A DNA stretch of 64,000 nucleotides from positions 1 to 64,000 of the IMG/VR virus record IMGVR_UViG_2885358051_000002; one strand, written 5' to 3'. Numbering within the stretch: the first letter of the stretch is position 1; every line of letters starts with the position of its first letter. Shown one piece after another: positions 19,431 to 28,269 of this stretch. The translations under genes and the position numbers were made by a program. This DNA comes from a virus (taxonomy: Duplodnaviria; Caudoviricetes). The notes below the pieces were generated by a model that worked only from the letters and a program-made list of their open reading frames with translations, was not told the origin of the DNA and did not search any database.

Positions 19431-19432
19431 GT

Positions 19433-21316
19433 TTACGATTGCGCTACCGACATCTCAGACGTATCGACCTCAACACAGGTGCCGAAACCGATGCTCGAGT
19501 ACGAGTACGAGGGCGAACTGTAAGCGTACATCGAAAACGGAGACAAATTCGTGTAGCTAGCGAGGTTGCCACGCCGAAAACCACGGACAGAACGGGTATT
19601 GGTACTCGGTTTTCCACCTGTAAACCAATTGTACGCACCTACATAAGTATGCAAATTAGCACCTGATGCCAGTTCTGTACTTTTTGCAAGGAAAAGGCAT
19701 TTATCATTGTAATCTTTACGATAACCTTCCTTTGTTCCCTGTATCTGACCAATGAAATCGTAAGTTGTCTCAAAAGGTAGAATGGTGGCAACTGCGGTGT
19801 TCTCCGAAGCATTACTGATAAGCATCTTGCTTTGTGTAGGCTGATAGTAAGCCTTGTAAAGTCCAGTGCTATCCTCTGTAAAAATTAGGCCACTCGTCCA
19901 TCTGGAAGGAGAAACATCCGTGCTCCAACCACGATACATGGCACCACAGAATAGGAAATCCACCCGATGACCTTCGAGTGAAGCCCCACCCGTAGGATCC
20001 ACTGTACCTGCAGCGAACTTCGTACTAAACATCTTCCATACAACACAAGTGAGTACACCTTCAGATGGTCCGGAAAATCCATCTATATGTCTCCACTTAT
20101 ACTTGTTCCCTTCAAAGGAAAACCATGTCAGCTCGGGTATGTTGTTTTGGATAGCATAGAACATTACGCGCTGCCGTTCCATGATGCGCCACGGCGACCG
20201 CCAATCGTTGAGCATTTGCGCAACATATATACCTGTTGAACTGGAGATGAACCCATTTTTTCCCAATGAAGCATAGCGTGTGGTAACACTATCGCCACCC
20301 AAGTAGCGCACACCATTGACAGCGAGATTGTCATTAGCCTCCCACCGCGCGGATGTTGTTGCAGCATCGTTCGAGCAGAAGCCTGAGCCCATTAGAGAGG
20401 ACTTATGCGCATCGAACGTACCACCCTCTGCAATGATATGGCCTACCATGGTGGCCACAGCCTTTGCATGTTCGTTGAAGAACGGAATTGTCTTAGAACG
20501 ATCGGCATTCAAGTTCATGGCATACTGCTCACCTACTGGTAATGAGAGATTCGTTGTGTGTAATCCACCGGCTCCTCCGAATATGGCCCCATTCGCATCG
20601 TAAGTTTCCGTGATAGCATCACCGACTCCATTATAAACAAACTTACCTACAAGACCATTCATCACCTGATAAGATCCGTTCCACTCGGGATTATATGCAC
20701 TGTGCATACGAGTTACACCATCGGAATCTGCATGAGCCACACAATTGTCAGGAGAAAGACCAAGCGGTTTGATATGTTCAGCAGCATGTCCCTGCCACTC
20801 AAACATACCACGAGACCGGAGGAACACATCATAGGTGACACCATTCACTGTAACATGTCCATTGATTTGATAAAGGTCATAGATATTCGTGATATGCACC
20901 TCACCCTCGCTACCATCCAATGCACGAGCATGACCGTAGTCATCCACATACCAGTTCAAGTTGTTCAAGACATAGAGCAACCGGCCGGTTCCCTGTTCAA
21001 TCAAGCAAGGACGAATGCAGTCAAAGACAGACTCCATACCTACATCGTGCTTATACGTGCGGAAACCCAGATTCGGATCAGAAGTACCTGCTATGCGAAC
21101 ATACCCCTCGACTCCATATCCAAACAGTTCAGATAGTTTTCCGACAGACTCCTTCAATACATCCAACTGTTCTGTGAGATTTACACCACCGGAAGACAAT
21201 ATCCCCATCAGTTGTTCGCCCGTGGCTTCGAGGATTTGCCCCTTGGAAGTAAGACAATATACCTTAGCGATTGATTCGCCAGAGGACAAAGATGTTTTTG
21301 CTTTTAATACACCCAT
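19433..21316 (-). CDS. DGR target protein, putative receptor-binding tail protein with C-terminal CLec-type variable domain
   Basis: VR occupies the last ~55 codons and ends in IGFG; lies among tail genes. Confidence 0.85.
   Translation of the reverse strand: MGVLKAKTSLSSGESIAKVYCLTSKGQILEATGEQLMGILSSGGVNLTEQLDVLKESVGKLSELFGYGVEGYVRIAGTSDPNLGFRTYKHDVGMESVFDCIRPCLIEQGTGRLLYVLNNLNWYVDDYGHARALDGSEGEVHITNIYDLYQINGHVTVNGVTYDVFLRSRGMFEWQGHAAEHIKPLGLSPDNCVAHADSDGVTRMHSAYNPEWNGSYQVMNGLVGKFVYNGVGDAITETYDANGAIFGGAGGLHTTNLSLPVGEQYAMNLNADRSKTIPFFNEHAKAVATMVGHIIAEGGTFDAHKSSLMGSGFCSNDAATTSARWEANDNLAVNGVRYLGGDSVTTRYASLGKNGFISSSTGIYVAQMLNDWRSPWRIMERQRVMFYAIQNNIPELTWFSFEGNKYKWRHIDGFSGPSEGVLTCVVWKMFSTKFAAGTVDPTGGASLEGHRVDFLFCGAMYRGWSTDVSPSRWTSGLIFTEDSTGLYKAYYQPTQSKMLISNASENTAVATILPFETTYDFIGQIQGTKEGYRKDYNDKCLFLAKSTELASGANLHTYVGAYNWFTGGKPSTNTRSVRGFRRGNLASYTNLSPFSMYAYSSPSYSYSSIGFGTCVEVDTSEMSVAQS
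19483..19596 (-). repeat. DGR variable repeat (VR)
   Basis: 11 mismatches to TR, all at TR T on the + strand (A on the coding strand); encodes RSVRGFRRGNLASYTNLSPFSMYAYSSPSYSYSSIGF. Confidence 0.97.
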
Positions 21317-21352
21317 ATTGATAAGATTTTGAAATTATACATTATTCACAGT

Positions 21353-22531
21353 TCAACTTCTTGCAGTTATGGTAAGTCCGGAAGAAGACAGAATGTCATC
21401 ACCGGATGATGTTTGTAATTTTGCAAACGGACCACGCAGAGAGCATTGCGGATCAGCGATATACTTGATGTCCGAAGAATTGCGCAAGAGTTTATCTGAA
21501 ACAGACACCATCACATCACTTTCAGCGAGAGACATCGGAGTGTCTTTGCTGCCCTGCTTGCGAAGGGTCCAGTCGCAAAGTAGCCATTCACGCTGTTGAG
21601 CCAAGGAAAGGTCACTATGCTTCGGATTATGCACAATCAATCCGAAAGTCATCTCAGACGTTTCTGCAATCACTCTATCACCGCCATAAGAATAGACTAC
21701 AGGCCGCAGGGCCGGGAAACGCCAGGCGATAGATGCCGTAGCCTCATTCGGAATGTCCGGTTTTGTCCCCGTAGGAGAAGTGTTGATACGGCACCGCAGT
21801 AAGATGTTCTCCGTGAAATCCATGTCAATGGTAAGGATATTAGAGTTTTTCCCACTTACATACCATAGGCAATCACCATCAATTTCATTCCAAGAAACCC
21901 CATTATCCTCGGAGAAATCCCAAAACCAAGTTACGATGTCAGTCTTTTCGTTAGAACCGATATATGCTGCCGCCTCGAAAGCGTATTGCGTATCTCCATA
22001 AGCAAGCGGAAAATGCTTGCGTGTGCGGTCGTTAAGAATTTGAATACTCCACTGTTCATCGGCATGAAGAATTGCCGAAAGCGGAATAGAGTCTGAGAGG
22101 ACAAAAGGAGAGCCCGTTCGTGTATCTGTAAAATGCAGTTCACAGTACACGACACCCCCCTTGAGGTGCGTAAAATTCTTACGTACAACGAGTGCATTCC
22201 CGGATAGATAAAAGTCCTTGGTAGCATTCGTGTCGGTAATCTGCATATCGTCCACATACCAGAATACAGTAGGATAAAGCGCAGAAGTATCGAGTACATT
22301 GTCCGTGTCAATTATCGACCATTCCGGCATGAGCATCAATGGTCCATCCACCAAAGCACCGTTCTCGTCGTAGGCGTAAGCGTGCGTATGATCAGGAATC
22401 CATTGCTGTGTAGTCTGTCGATAGAACTGCATGGTGGACATACCACCTTGCGGCACTATCTTCATAGACGTGTTGAGTGGTGCATATTGAACAGCCACTG
22501 CCAATGGTTGAGAATTATTCAGCCTTTTCAT
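21353..22531 (-). CDS. Tail-associated protein (392 aa)
   Basis: Beta-rich ORF directly upstream of the DGR target. Confidence 0.5.
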   Translation of the reverse strand: MKRLNNSQPLAVAVQYAPLNTSMKIVPQGGMSTMQFYRQTTQQWIPDHTHAYAYDENGALVDGPLMLMPEWSIIDTDNVLDTSALYPTVFWYVDDMQITDTNATKDFYLSGNALVVRKNFTHLKGGVVYCELHFTDTRTGSPFVLSDSIPLSAILHADEQWSIQILNDRTRKHFPLAYGDTQYAFEAAAYIGSNEKTDIVTWFWDFSEDNGVSWNEIDGDCLWYVSGKNSNILTIDMDFTENILLRCRINTSPTGTKPDIPNEATASIAWRFPALRPVVYSYGGDRVIAETSEMTFGLIVHNPKHSDLSLAQQREWLLCDWTLRKQGSKDTPMSLAESDVMVSVSDKLLRNSSDIKYIADPQCSLRGPFAKLQTSSGDDILSSSGLTITARS

Positions 22532-22917
22532 CAGTGTGAGCGAGCGATGATGTCATAATCCAAGAGAGACGAAAGCACGTAATCCACCAAGTCCTTCGGC
22601 TTGATAGAGCAAGGTTGCCCATCGGAGTCAATACCCATGATGCGCACTACATTCGATGCTGCATCAATCTCAGGAGTATCTTTCGATGTAGCAGCCTCGA
22701 TAGCGGCACCAACATCAAAATACTTAGACCACCATTCGGTGTCTGTCACCGGATGACCACAGTTATTCGGTTTTCGTGACTGATAGATGGCCGTAGCCAA
22801 CTGCACCTGGTCCAGCACATCGTAATTAAAAGAAGGATCATACTCGCCACGCGAGAAAGGGATGATACGTCCGATTATCTTTTTTGTTACCATAAATTCT
22901 ATATTATTGCCGTACAA
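22531..22917 (-). CDS. Tail-associated hypothetical protein
   Basis: RGEYDPSFNYDVLDQV...WWSKY resembles small carbohydrate-binding-like tail modules; stop overlaps the next start. Confidence 0.5.
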   Translation of the reverse strand: MYGNNIEFMVTKKIIGRIIPFSRGEYDPSFNYDVLDQVQLATAIYQSRKPNNCGHPVTDTEWWSKYFDVGAAIEAATSKDTPEIDAASNVVRIMGIDSDGQPCSIKPKDLVDYVLSSLLDYDIIARSH

Positions 22918-22944
22918 TGAAATTCACGAAACAGTTGTTAATTT

Positions 22945-23400
22945 TTATGATTCAAAATAAAGCGTACCCGCTTCTTCATCAATGCCGAAAGTGCCGGAAC
23001 TGATACCTTCCTGCTCAAGATTTCCCGTTTCCGGGTTGATAGAAAGCACGAGAGGTTCGTTGCCCTCTTCCAAGTCTGTCACTCTTTTAGACAATTCATT
23101 GAAATCAGCATCCGATGGAAAAGAACCTGCATCTAAGACAGAAGAATAAGCAGAGGAGGGCCGACGAGACGAGCGAAGACGAAACTGTTGTCCCTCAGCG
23201 AAACGGACAATAGAGACAATCAAAGAACCGCTTGCCGTGAAATTACGATGGACGACCCACGGATTAGAAGGAGACAACCTCGTTTCGAGTACCACACGTA
23301 CAGGGCATTTCGTTGCAAAGCCCACTTGTACCTTGATGCCCCCATTCAGAATGGGAGAGTAGAAAAACGACTTGTCATAAGAAAAAGCGATGTCCGTCAT
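22945..23400 (-). CDS. Tail-associated hypothetical protein
   Basis: 151-aa first gene behind a late-type promoter. Confidence 0.5.
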   Translation of the reverse strand: MTDIAFSYDKSFFYSPILNGGIKVQVGFATKCPVRVVLETRLSPSNPWVVHRNFTASGSLIVSIVRFAEGQQFRLRSSRRPSSAYSSVLDAGSFPSDADFNELSKRVTDLEEGNEPLVLSINPETGNLEQEGISSGTFGIDEEAGTLYFES

Positions 23401-23424
23401 ATACGAGATAGTTTTATTTTATGG

Positions 23425-23461
23425 CAAAGATACAAAGAGAAGAAATGGAGAATGGGACAAA
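23425..23461 (-). promoter_or_regulatory. Late-type promoter (DGR target/tail operon)
   Basis: + strand CAAAGATA 23425-23432, 21 nt, GGGACAAA 23454-23461. Confidence 0.7.
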
Positions 23462-23548
23462 CTAAAACGCGCAGCGAGACAAGAACTGCCGGAAACCCAG
23501 AAGCCGCTGTCTTGCTGCGCATGGTCAATACTCCATAAATGCAGGGGG

Positions 23549-25537
23549 TCACTCCGGTATAGGCATACACATCCCGGATAAATTGTTTAGATGATACCTG
23601 ACCCCAATATAAAGGTCATCGAAAGCATCCGTGCCATCGGTACGGTATTCCAGTCGTACCGCATCATCGGCATCTTCGGAAAGTTTTTCACCAGCCTTGT
23701 TCTTGCGAAATCCCTTGTAGCCAATGGAAACCTCTGCCGACTGCATGGCAACAATAAGTGCCTCATTGTTTTCCCTATTAAAACGTATGGCAGGGTAGGC
23801 ACAGCCGGCCAGCGATTCGTTGATGTCCTTGTACTTAATCTCGTGTGCCATGGGAGCCCTCATGTCGATAGCAATAACATTCCACCCGAACAAGGTAAGC
23901 GTGTTAATGACTACATCCTTGAAGTCTTCCATACCCTCGACAGCATATCCACGGAACTTGGCAGTAGCATTATAGAAATACACCACATCACGACATTTCG
24001 CCATCTTCGGTTTGTAGTAATGATGCCAGTCGCCACATAGTTCGCGGAGCTTACGCTCATTCTTCACAAACATGGAAGAAATGACATTGAGACATTCCTG
24101 TTTGTCGCGTTGATATAACTGCCCAGTTACAATCCAGTTGATATTCGCATTGTAATCCATGGCGATGTAGAGCGGCAGATTGTCCACCACATCCCCATCG
24201 AGTGTGCAATCCTTCAGTTTCTGTAATTCACCAAAATCAGGCGTCTCATATTCTGTATCAATCTGTTGTCCACCATGAACAGTAGAAGCCGTCCGTTTGA
24301 CGATGGAAGAGTCAATGGCCGGACAGTCGTCAGGAATATATCCGTGTATATTCTCTATGTCCAGATTGGAGTAAAAACCATCGTTTGATTTCGCCTGCTT
24401 GAGATTGAGAATAGAGATGGCAAACACGATGGGTGGAAGGTCACGCTTCATCCTCTCGATATACTCCTTGCCAAGCAAGTCCACATTGTCCAAAGTCGTC
24501 GCCCGCCAAAAGCAAAACGCATAACGTTGCAGTTCCGCAATATGCTTCTTATACGACTTTGACTCGTTAATCATCTGCATATCGAAATCCTGCTCCGGTG
24601 TAATAAGATACTTATGGCAAAAGAGCAGTTCCGCTTCATCAGGAGAAATCAGATTATAATTGATGCACTGCGTCAGCATAGCCTTGTTAATGCGGTGGCC
24701 ATAATTCGGAAGAATGCGGAATGGTCCCTCATGGTTCATCATAGCTTCTGCCTTCACCTTGACCGCAGCAATCTGTTCAGCAGGAAGCACGATGGGCACA
24801 CACCCATCCTTCTGCGCATTACGGAGCAGTTCATTATAGAACATAATCCGTTCCGCATAATTGGTCAATTCCGCCTGAATTTCCCGGTATGACCTATTTG
24901 AAAAAGGCCCCGAAGAAGGATGCTGATCCAGTTTTTCCTCCTCCTTCTCCAGCCAGTTGCCCTTCACTGTAAGTGAGGCATCCGAAGCGAAAAATGTAGA
25001 TTTGTAAAGCGGGTTTTCCTCAGAGAAAGCCGGATTGCCGAGCGGATGCACGATACCAGACAGAGCCGCCATTACCTCCCCGTCAATCTTCGACTTCGAC
25101 ATAAACTTGCACTCATCCGCAACGATAGAGTTGGCCGTGATAGAGTTGGCCGAACCCGTTACGGCCAAAGAAATCAGCTGCCATATCGTACCATTAGCAA
25201 ACCAGATAACATTCTCCCATGATTTCGGTTTGATGATAGGCTCCGGCACCCATCGAGGCGGTTTACCCCATCCGAAGTGCGTACCCTCACGAAGGCCATA
25301 GAAACGTTCTATTGCCGCAATGGTACCCGGCACGGTACGTGTATAAAGCTGTTTACGAGAGTTTCCCAGCCAGATGTTAGTAGCCCGTGGCATAGAGAGA
25401 GAAACCCGATAGATACGAGGCCCAATAGAGCCATCCGTCTTACCGAATCGTCGAGAAGCCAGCAGACGCACATCACGCGCATTCGTATAATAGATGCGCT
25501 GTTGCATCGGGTTAAGATACACATCACGTCGTTTCAT
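23549..25537 (-). CDS. terL: Terminase large subunit
   Basis: Walker A-like ASRRFGKT, Walker B IVADE, nuclease IAMDYN and DGTDAFD; probable start MKRRDVYLNPMQ at 25537 (track ORF extends to 25672). Confidence 0.88.
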   Translation of the reverse strand: MKRRDVYLNPMQQRIYYTNARDVRLLASRRFGKTDGSIGPRIYRVSLSMPRATNIWLGNSRKQLYTRTVPGTIAAIERFYGLREGTHFGWGKPPRWVPEPIIKPKSWENVIWFANGTIWQLISLAVTGSANSITANSIVADECKFMSKSKIDGEVMAALSGIVHPLGNPAFSEENPLYKSTFFASDASLTVKGNWLEKEEEKLDQHPSSGPFSNRSYREIQAELTNYAERIMFYNELLRNAQKDGCVPIVLPAEQIAAVKVKAEAMMNHEGPFRILPNYGHRINKAMLTQCINYNLISPDEAELLFCHKYLITPEQDFDMQMINESKSYKKHIAELQRYAFCFWRATTLDNVDLLGKEYIERMKRDLPPIVFAISILNLKQAKSNDGFYSNLDIENIHGYIPDDCPAIDSSIVKRTASTVHGGQQIDTEYETPDFGELQKLKDCTLDGDVVDNLPLYIAMDYNANINWIVTGQLYQRDKQECLNVISSMFVKNERKLRELCGDWHHYYKPKMAKCRDVVYFYNATAKFRGYAVEGMEDFKDVVINTLTLFGWNVIAIDMRAPMAHEIKYKDINESLAGCAYPAIRFNRENNEALIVAMQSAEVSIGYKGFRKNKAGEKLSEDADDAVRLEYRTDGTDAFDDLYIGVRYHLNNLSGMCMPIPE

Positions 25538-26288
25538 TGAAGATGTCATTTTCAGGTTCAGAATCAGGTTGTTCATCCGGCATCTGCCATGATCCATCCG
25601 GTTGCTGGAACAGTTCGACAGACTGTTTGCGTGTGAGTCCGTATTTGCGGCCCATGCGTGCCTTCTCCTCATCCGTATAGTTCACGCGATCGCGTTTGAT
25701 AACCGTCACATCCCCCGTGATATTTATTTCCATGTTTGGCATCTGATCCGCCGGATTCTCCTTGTCCTTAAAGTTGTCGTACAACTGCATCTTGAGATCG
25801 GCCCCTGCCTTTACCGAGCGCGAGTCCCCCATCTTCATACCTTCCCGCATCAGCCAGTCGGACGCATCCAGTACCTTTGCGCGTTCGATATTATCAATCG
25901 GTGTGTCGAAACGGCCGATAAGATAATTCAGCAAAGCGACATCATTGGAGATCTCCGTTACCGAGCGCGGAACACCCGGCCGGATGTTCAGAACACGCAC
26001 ATATTCCATAGCCTTCTCGTTACCCTCCTCAGCCTTATGAAGAAAAAACGGATATTCACGGGCAGCGATACGCCGGATGATGTCTGACGGCCGGATTTGC
26101 TTATCCTGTAGCCACACCTGATAGGCTTCATACACCAGCATGGCACGGAAACGCCTGTCAGCGGACATCGCCATCTTGTCGATGGAGAGTCCGCCGAGAA
26201 TCCAGCGTTCAACAAGTTCAAAGTATTTTTTTGAAGGAAGAGACATTTTGATTAGCGATTGGTTAAATTTCCGGTAAGTCCGGCACAT
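25524..26288 (-). CDS. Putative terminase small subunit
   Basis: Helical 254-aa ORF overlapping the terL start. Confidence 0.5.
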   Translation of the reverse strand: MCRTYRKFNQSLIKMSLPSKKYFELVERWILGGLSIDKMAMSADRRFRAMLVYEAYQVWLQDKQIRPSDIIRRIAAREYPFFLHKAEEGNEKAMEYVRVLNIRPGVPRSVTEISNDVALLNYLIGRFDTPIDNIERAKVLDASDWLMREGMKMGDSRSVKAGADLKMQLYDNFKDKENPADQMPNMEINITGDVTVIKRDRVNYTDEEKARMGRKYGLTRKQSVELFQQPDGSWQMPDEQPDSEPENDIFNETT

Positions 26289-27442
26289 TACGCTTCTTGT
26301 TCATCATCTTTTGATGATTTTTTTGCTTCAATAGCCGGAATAACGTTGTTGTTGCAATCGTCAATGGCTGCCTGTAGAACAGGTTGATAGACAGCAGCCT
26401 CCTGTTCACCCATCAAGGATTTCAATTCCTCGTAACGAGCCTTCATAGTAGATATACGCTTCGGAGTATTCGGTTTGTCCTTGCGAGTAAGGTATTTCAC
26501 GATGTCAGCCACCTGCTTCTTCTTTATCTCCTCCTGTTCACGGACAGCAGCCTGAGCAGGGTCGTTCGCCTTGATGAAGTCAATCACCGCCGCCTTGAAT
26601 GCTTCCTTATCCTCAATCTTGTCCCAATAAGGACGTAGCATGGTACGCAGTTCGGAAGGATTTACCTGTTTTTCCTCCATCTTTTTGATGAAAGTCGTGT
26701 CCTCTTTAAGGCGCACATACACAGCGGCCAATTCATCATCCACCCGTTCGTATATGCCTTCGTATTCCTCCACCAGTTTTGCAGCAGCTTGGGCGTGCGG
26801 TTCTATGTCCTTCGGATGTTTCCCATCAAGTGCCATCTGTTTTGCAATAGTTGCTTCCTCCGAAGCGCGGTTGCGCAGATCACGGACGGCATCCACAGCC
26901 TCTTGAAGTTTGAGGGGAAGCAGCCATTTCAGTTGGTCAAGATGAAGAAGCGCACCACCGGTTAGCGAGCCAGAGACCGTGGCAGGAGCCGGTGGAGTTT
27001 CGATGGGAATGTCCGCTTTCTTTCCGAATAGCGTTTCTTTATCTTCCTCCGCTTTACGTTCCTGTTCCTCCTTCAACGCACGGGCAGCAGCCTCCTGTTT
27101 GGTGGGTCGTCCCACATGCCGAACAAGAAGCGCCGGGTCGGAGAGATCCACCTTGGTATTCAACATCTTCTCCGCATCTGCCGTTACCTTGTCCGCATAG
27201 CGAGCCAGCGGTTTTATGCGTGAAATATAGTTTTTGAATCGAAGCGACTCTGCCACAAAAGATCGACAATAAGGGAAAGCAGACAGAAGAGACAGACCCA
27301 ACTCGAAATCATTGCGGAATGAAGTCGTCATGGTACGCGCTTTCATCAGTTCCGGCAACACACGGGACTGCCAATTACAGTAATCCTTTGTCCACGACTG
27401 CCGCTCCTCTTCCGACATCTGAGAGAATAATTTATTTGCCAT
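26288..27442 (-). CDS. Coiled-coil phage protein
   Basis: 384-aa E/K/A-rich ORF, first gene of the terminase operon. Confidence 0.55.
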   Translation of the reverse strand: MANKLFSQMSEEERQSWTKDYCNWQSRVLPELMKARTMTTSFRNDFELGLSLLSAFPYCRSFVAESLRFKNYISRIKPLARYADKVTADAEKMLNTKVDLSDPALLVRHVGRPTKQEAAARALKEEQERKAEEDKETLFGKKADIPIETPPAPATVSGSLTGGALLHLDQLKWLLPLKLQEAVDAVRDLRNRASEEATIAKQMALDGKHPKDIEPHAQAAAKLVEEYEGIYERVDDELAAVYVRLKEDTTFIKKMEEKQVNPSELRTMLRPYWDKIEDKEAFKAAVIDFIKANDPAQAAVREQEEIKKKQVADIVKYLTRKDKPNTPKRISTMKARYEELKSLMGEQEAAVYQPVLQAAIDDCNNNVIPAIEAKKSSKDDEQEA

Positions 27443-27493
27443 GATTTAATGAATTTATGAATGAATGAAACGATTGATTTATGAATTTATACG

Positions 27494-27531
27494 CAAAAAT
27501 AGGAACAGGGGAAGAAGAATGCGGGACAAAA
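27494..27531 (-). promoter_or_regulatory. Late-type promoter (terminase operon)
   Basis: + strand CAAAAATA 27494-27501, 21 nt, GGGACAAAA 27523-27531. Confidence 0.7.
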
Positions 27532-27567
27532 CAGGGGAGGAGGGGAAACCATGCAGGGACGGGAATA

Positions 27568-27602
27568 TAAAAAACGTCCCTCGCTATAGTAAACGAGGAA
27601 CG
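27568..27602 (-). terminator. Probable intrinsic terminator after the tail tube gene
   Basis: CGTCCCTCG/CGAGGAACG imperfect stem followed on the minus strand by T6. Confidence 0.5.
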
Positions 27603-27630
27603 CATTAGGAATATCTAAAAGACAACGGTT

Positions 27631-28188
27631 TTATCCTCCGGTAGTAGCAGCGGAAGCAAGCAGGGAATCCCAACCATCTTCCGGTGCTTCCACATAGAAG
27701 TTCGGGAAAGTGACACCACTAAGTTTGAACTCAAGAGTTGTCTGACGATCATCGCCAGGTGCGGCACCCGTGTCCGTCTTGATACCACCAGACTCCGCTT
27801 TGAGACGACGGTTGGGGTCATAGAGGATTTGGTTGTCTTCACCATCGGGTACGATGACACCGATGTTCAGGTTGTTGAAAGAACGAGCAAGCTCAGAAGT
27901 CTTGCGGTTTACCTTATCGAGGATAGCATTCCACGTCTGGTTGTAGCCACCATTTGGACCCTGACTTTCGCCCTGTACATGCTGCGAGTCGTCCTTCAGT
28001 TCAATTTTGTAGAGACCTTTTCCTGACTTAAAAGTAGGAGTAGAATACACATTCTTTGTGCGAGTAAGCGGTGCTGCAAGGTCACTCTTCAAGAAGACAT
28101 ACGCTACCGCAGCGGTGCCGGCTATGTTTTCCTCGCAGAAATCAGAGGTCAAGAAGTCCTCAAGATTCGGGCAATTCTGTTCAGCCAT
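27631..28188 (-). CDS. Major tail (tube) protein, putative
   Basis: Follows the capsid gene; probable start MAEQNCP at 28188; beta-rich, ending KTDTGAAPGDDRQTTLEF. Confidence 0.6.
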   Translation of the reverse strand: MAEQNCPNLEDFLTSDFCEENIAGTAAVAYVFLKSDLAAPLTRTKNVYSTPTFKSGKGLYKIELKDDSQHVQGESQGPNGGYNQTWNAILDKVNRKTSELARSFNNLNIGVIVPDGEDNQILYDPNRRLKAESGGIKTDTGAAPGDDRQTTLEFKLSGVTFPNFYVEAPEDGWDSLLASAATTGG

Positions 28189-28232
28189 AATTATGAATGA
28201 AATTTGAGTTATACATTGGTAAAATTGATGAG

Positions 28233-28266
28233 TGTCGGGTGACGGCAGTGATTCCGTCACCCGACA
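28233..28266. repeat. 13-bp perfect hairpin between capsid and tail tube genes
   Basis: TGTCGGGTGACGG/CCGTCACCCGACA, 8-nt loop, 3 nt after the capsid stop. Confidence 0.75.
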
Positions 28267-28269
28267 GAT

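Larger units (their letters stand above)
17656..21316 (-). mobile_element. Diversity-generating retroelement (target-VR, hairpin, TR, RT)
   Basis: RT plus a 114-bp TR/VR pair whose mismatches fall only at TR adenines. Confidence 0.95.

Noticed and set aside
19011-19666. Plus-strand ORFs 19011..19523 and 19244..19666 that share a repeated peptide
   Set aside because: They are antisense read-outs of TR and VR; the shared peptide simply reflects the DNA repeat.
11455-23400. A second DGR target (VR2) in other tail genes
   Set aside because: No other match to the TR sequence or the GFRRG/IGF peptide was seen in the window.
25538-25672. N-terminal extension of terL in the ORF track
   Set aside because: It overlaps the upstream gene deeply; the ATG at 25537 gives a normal short overlap.
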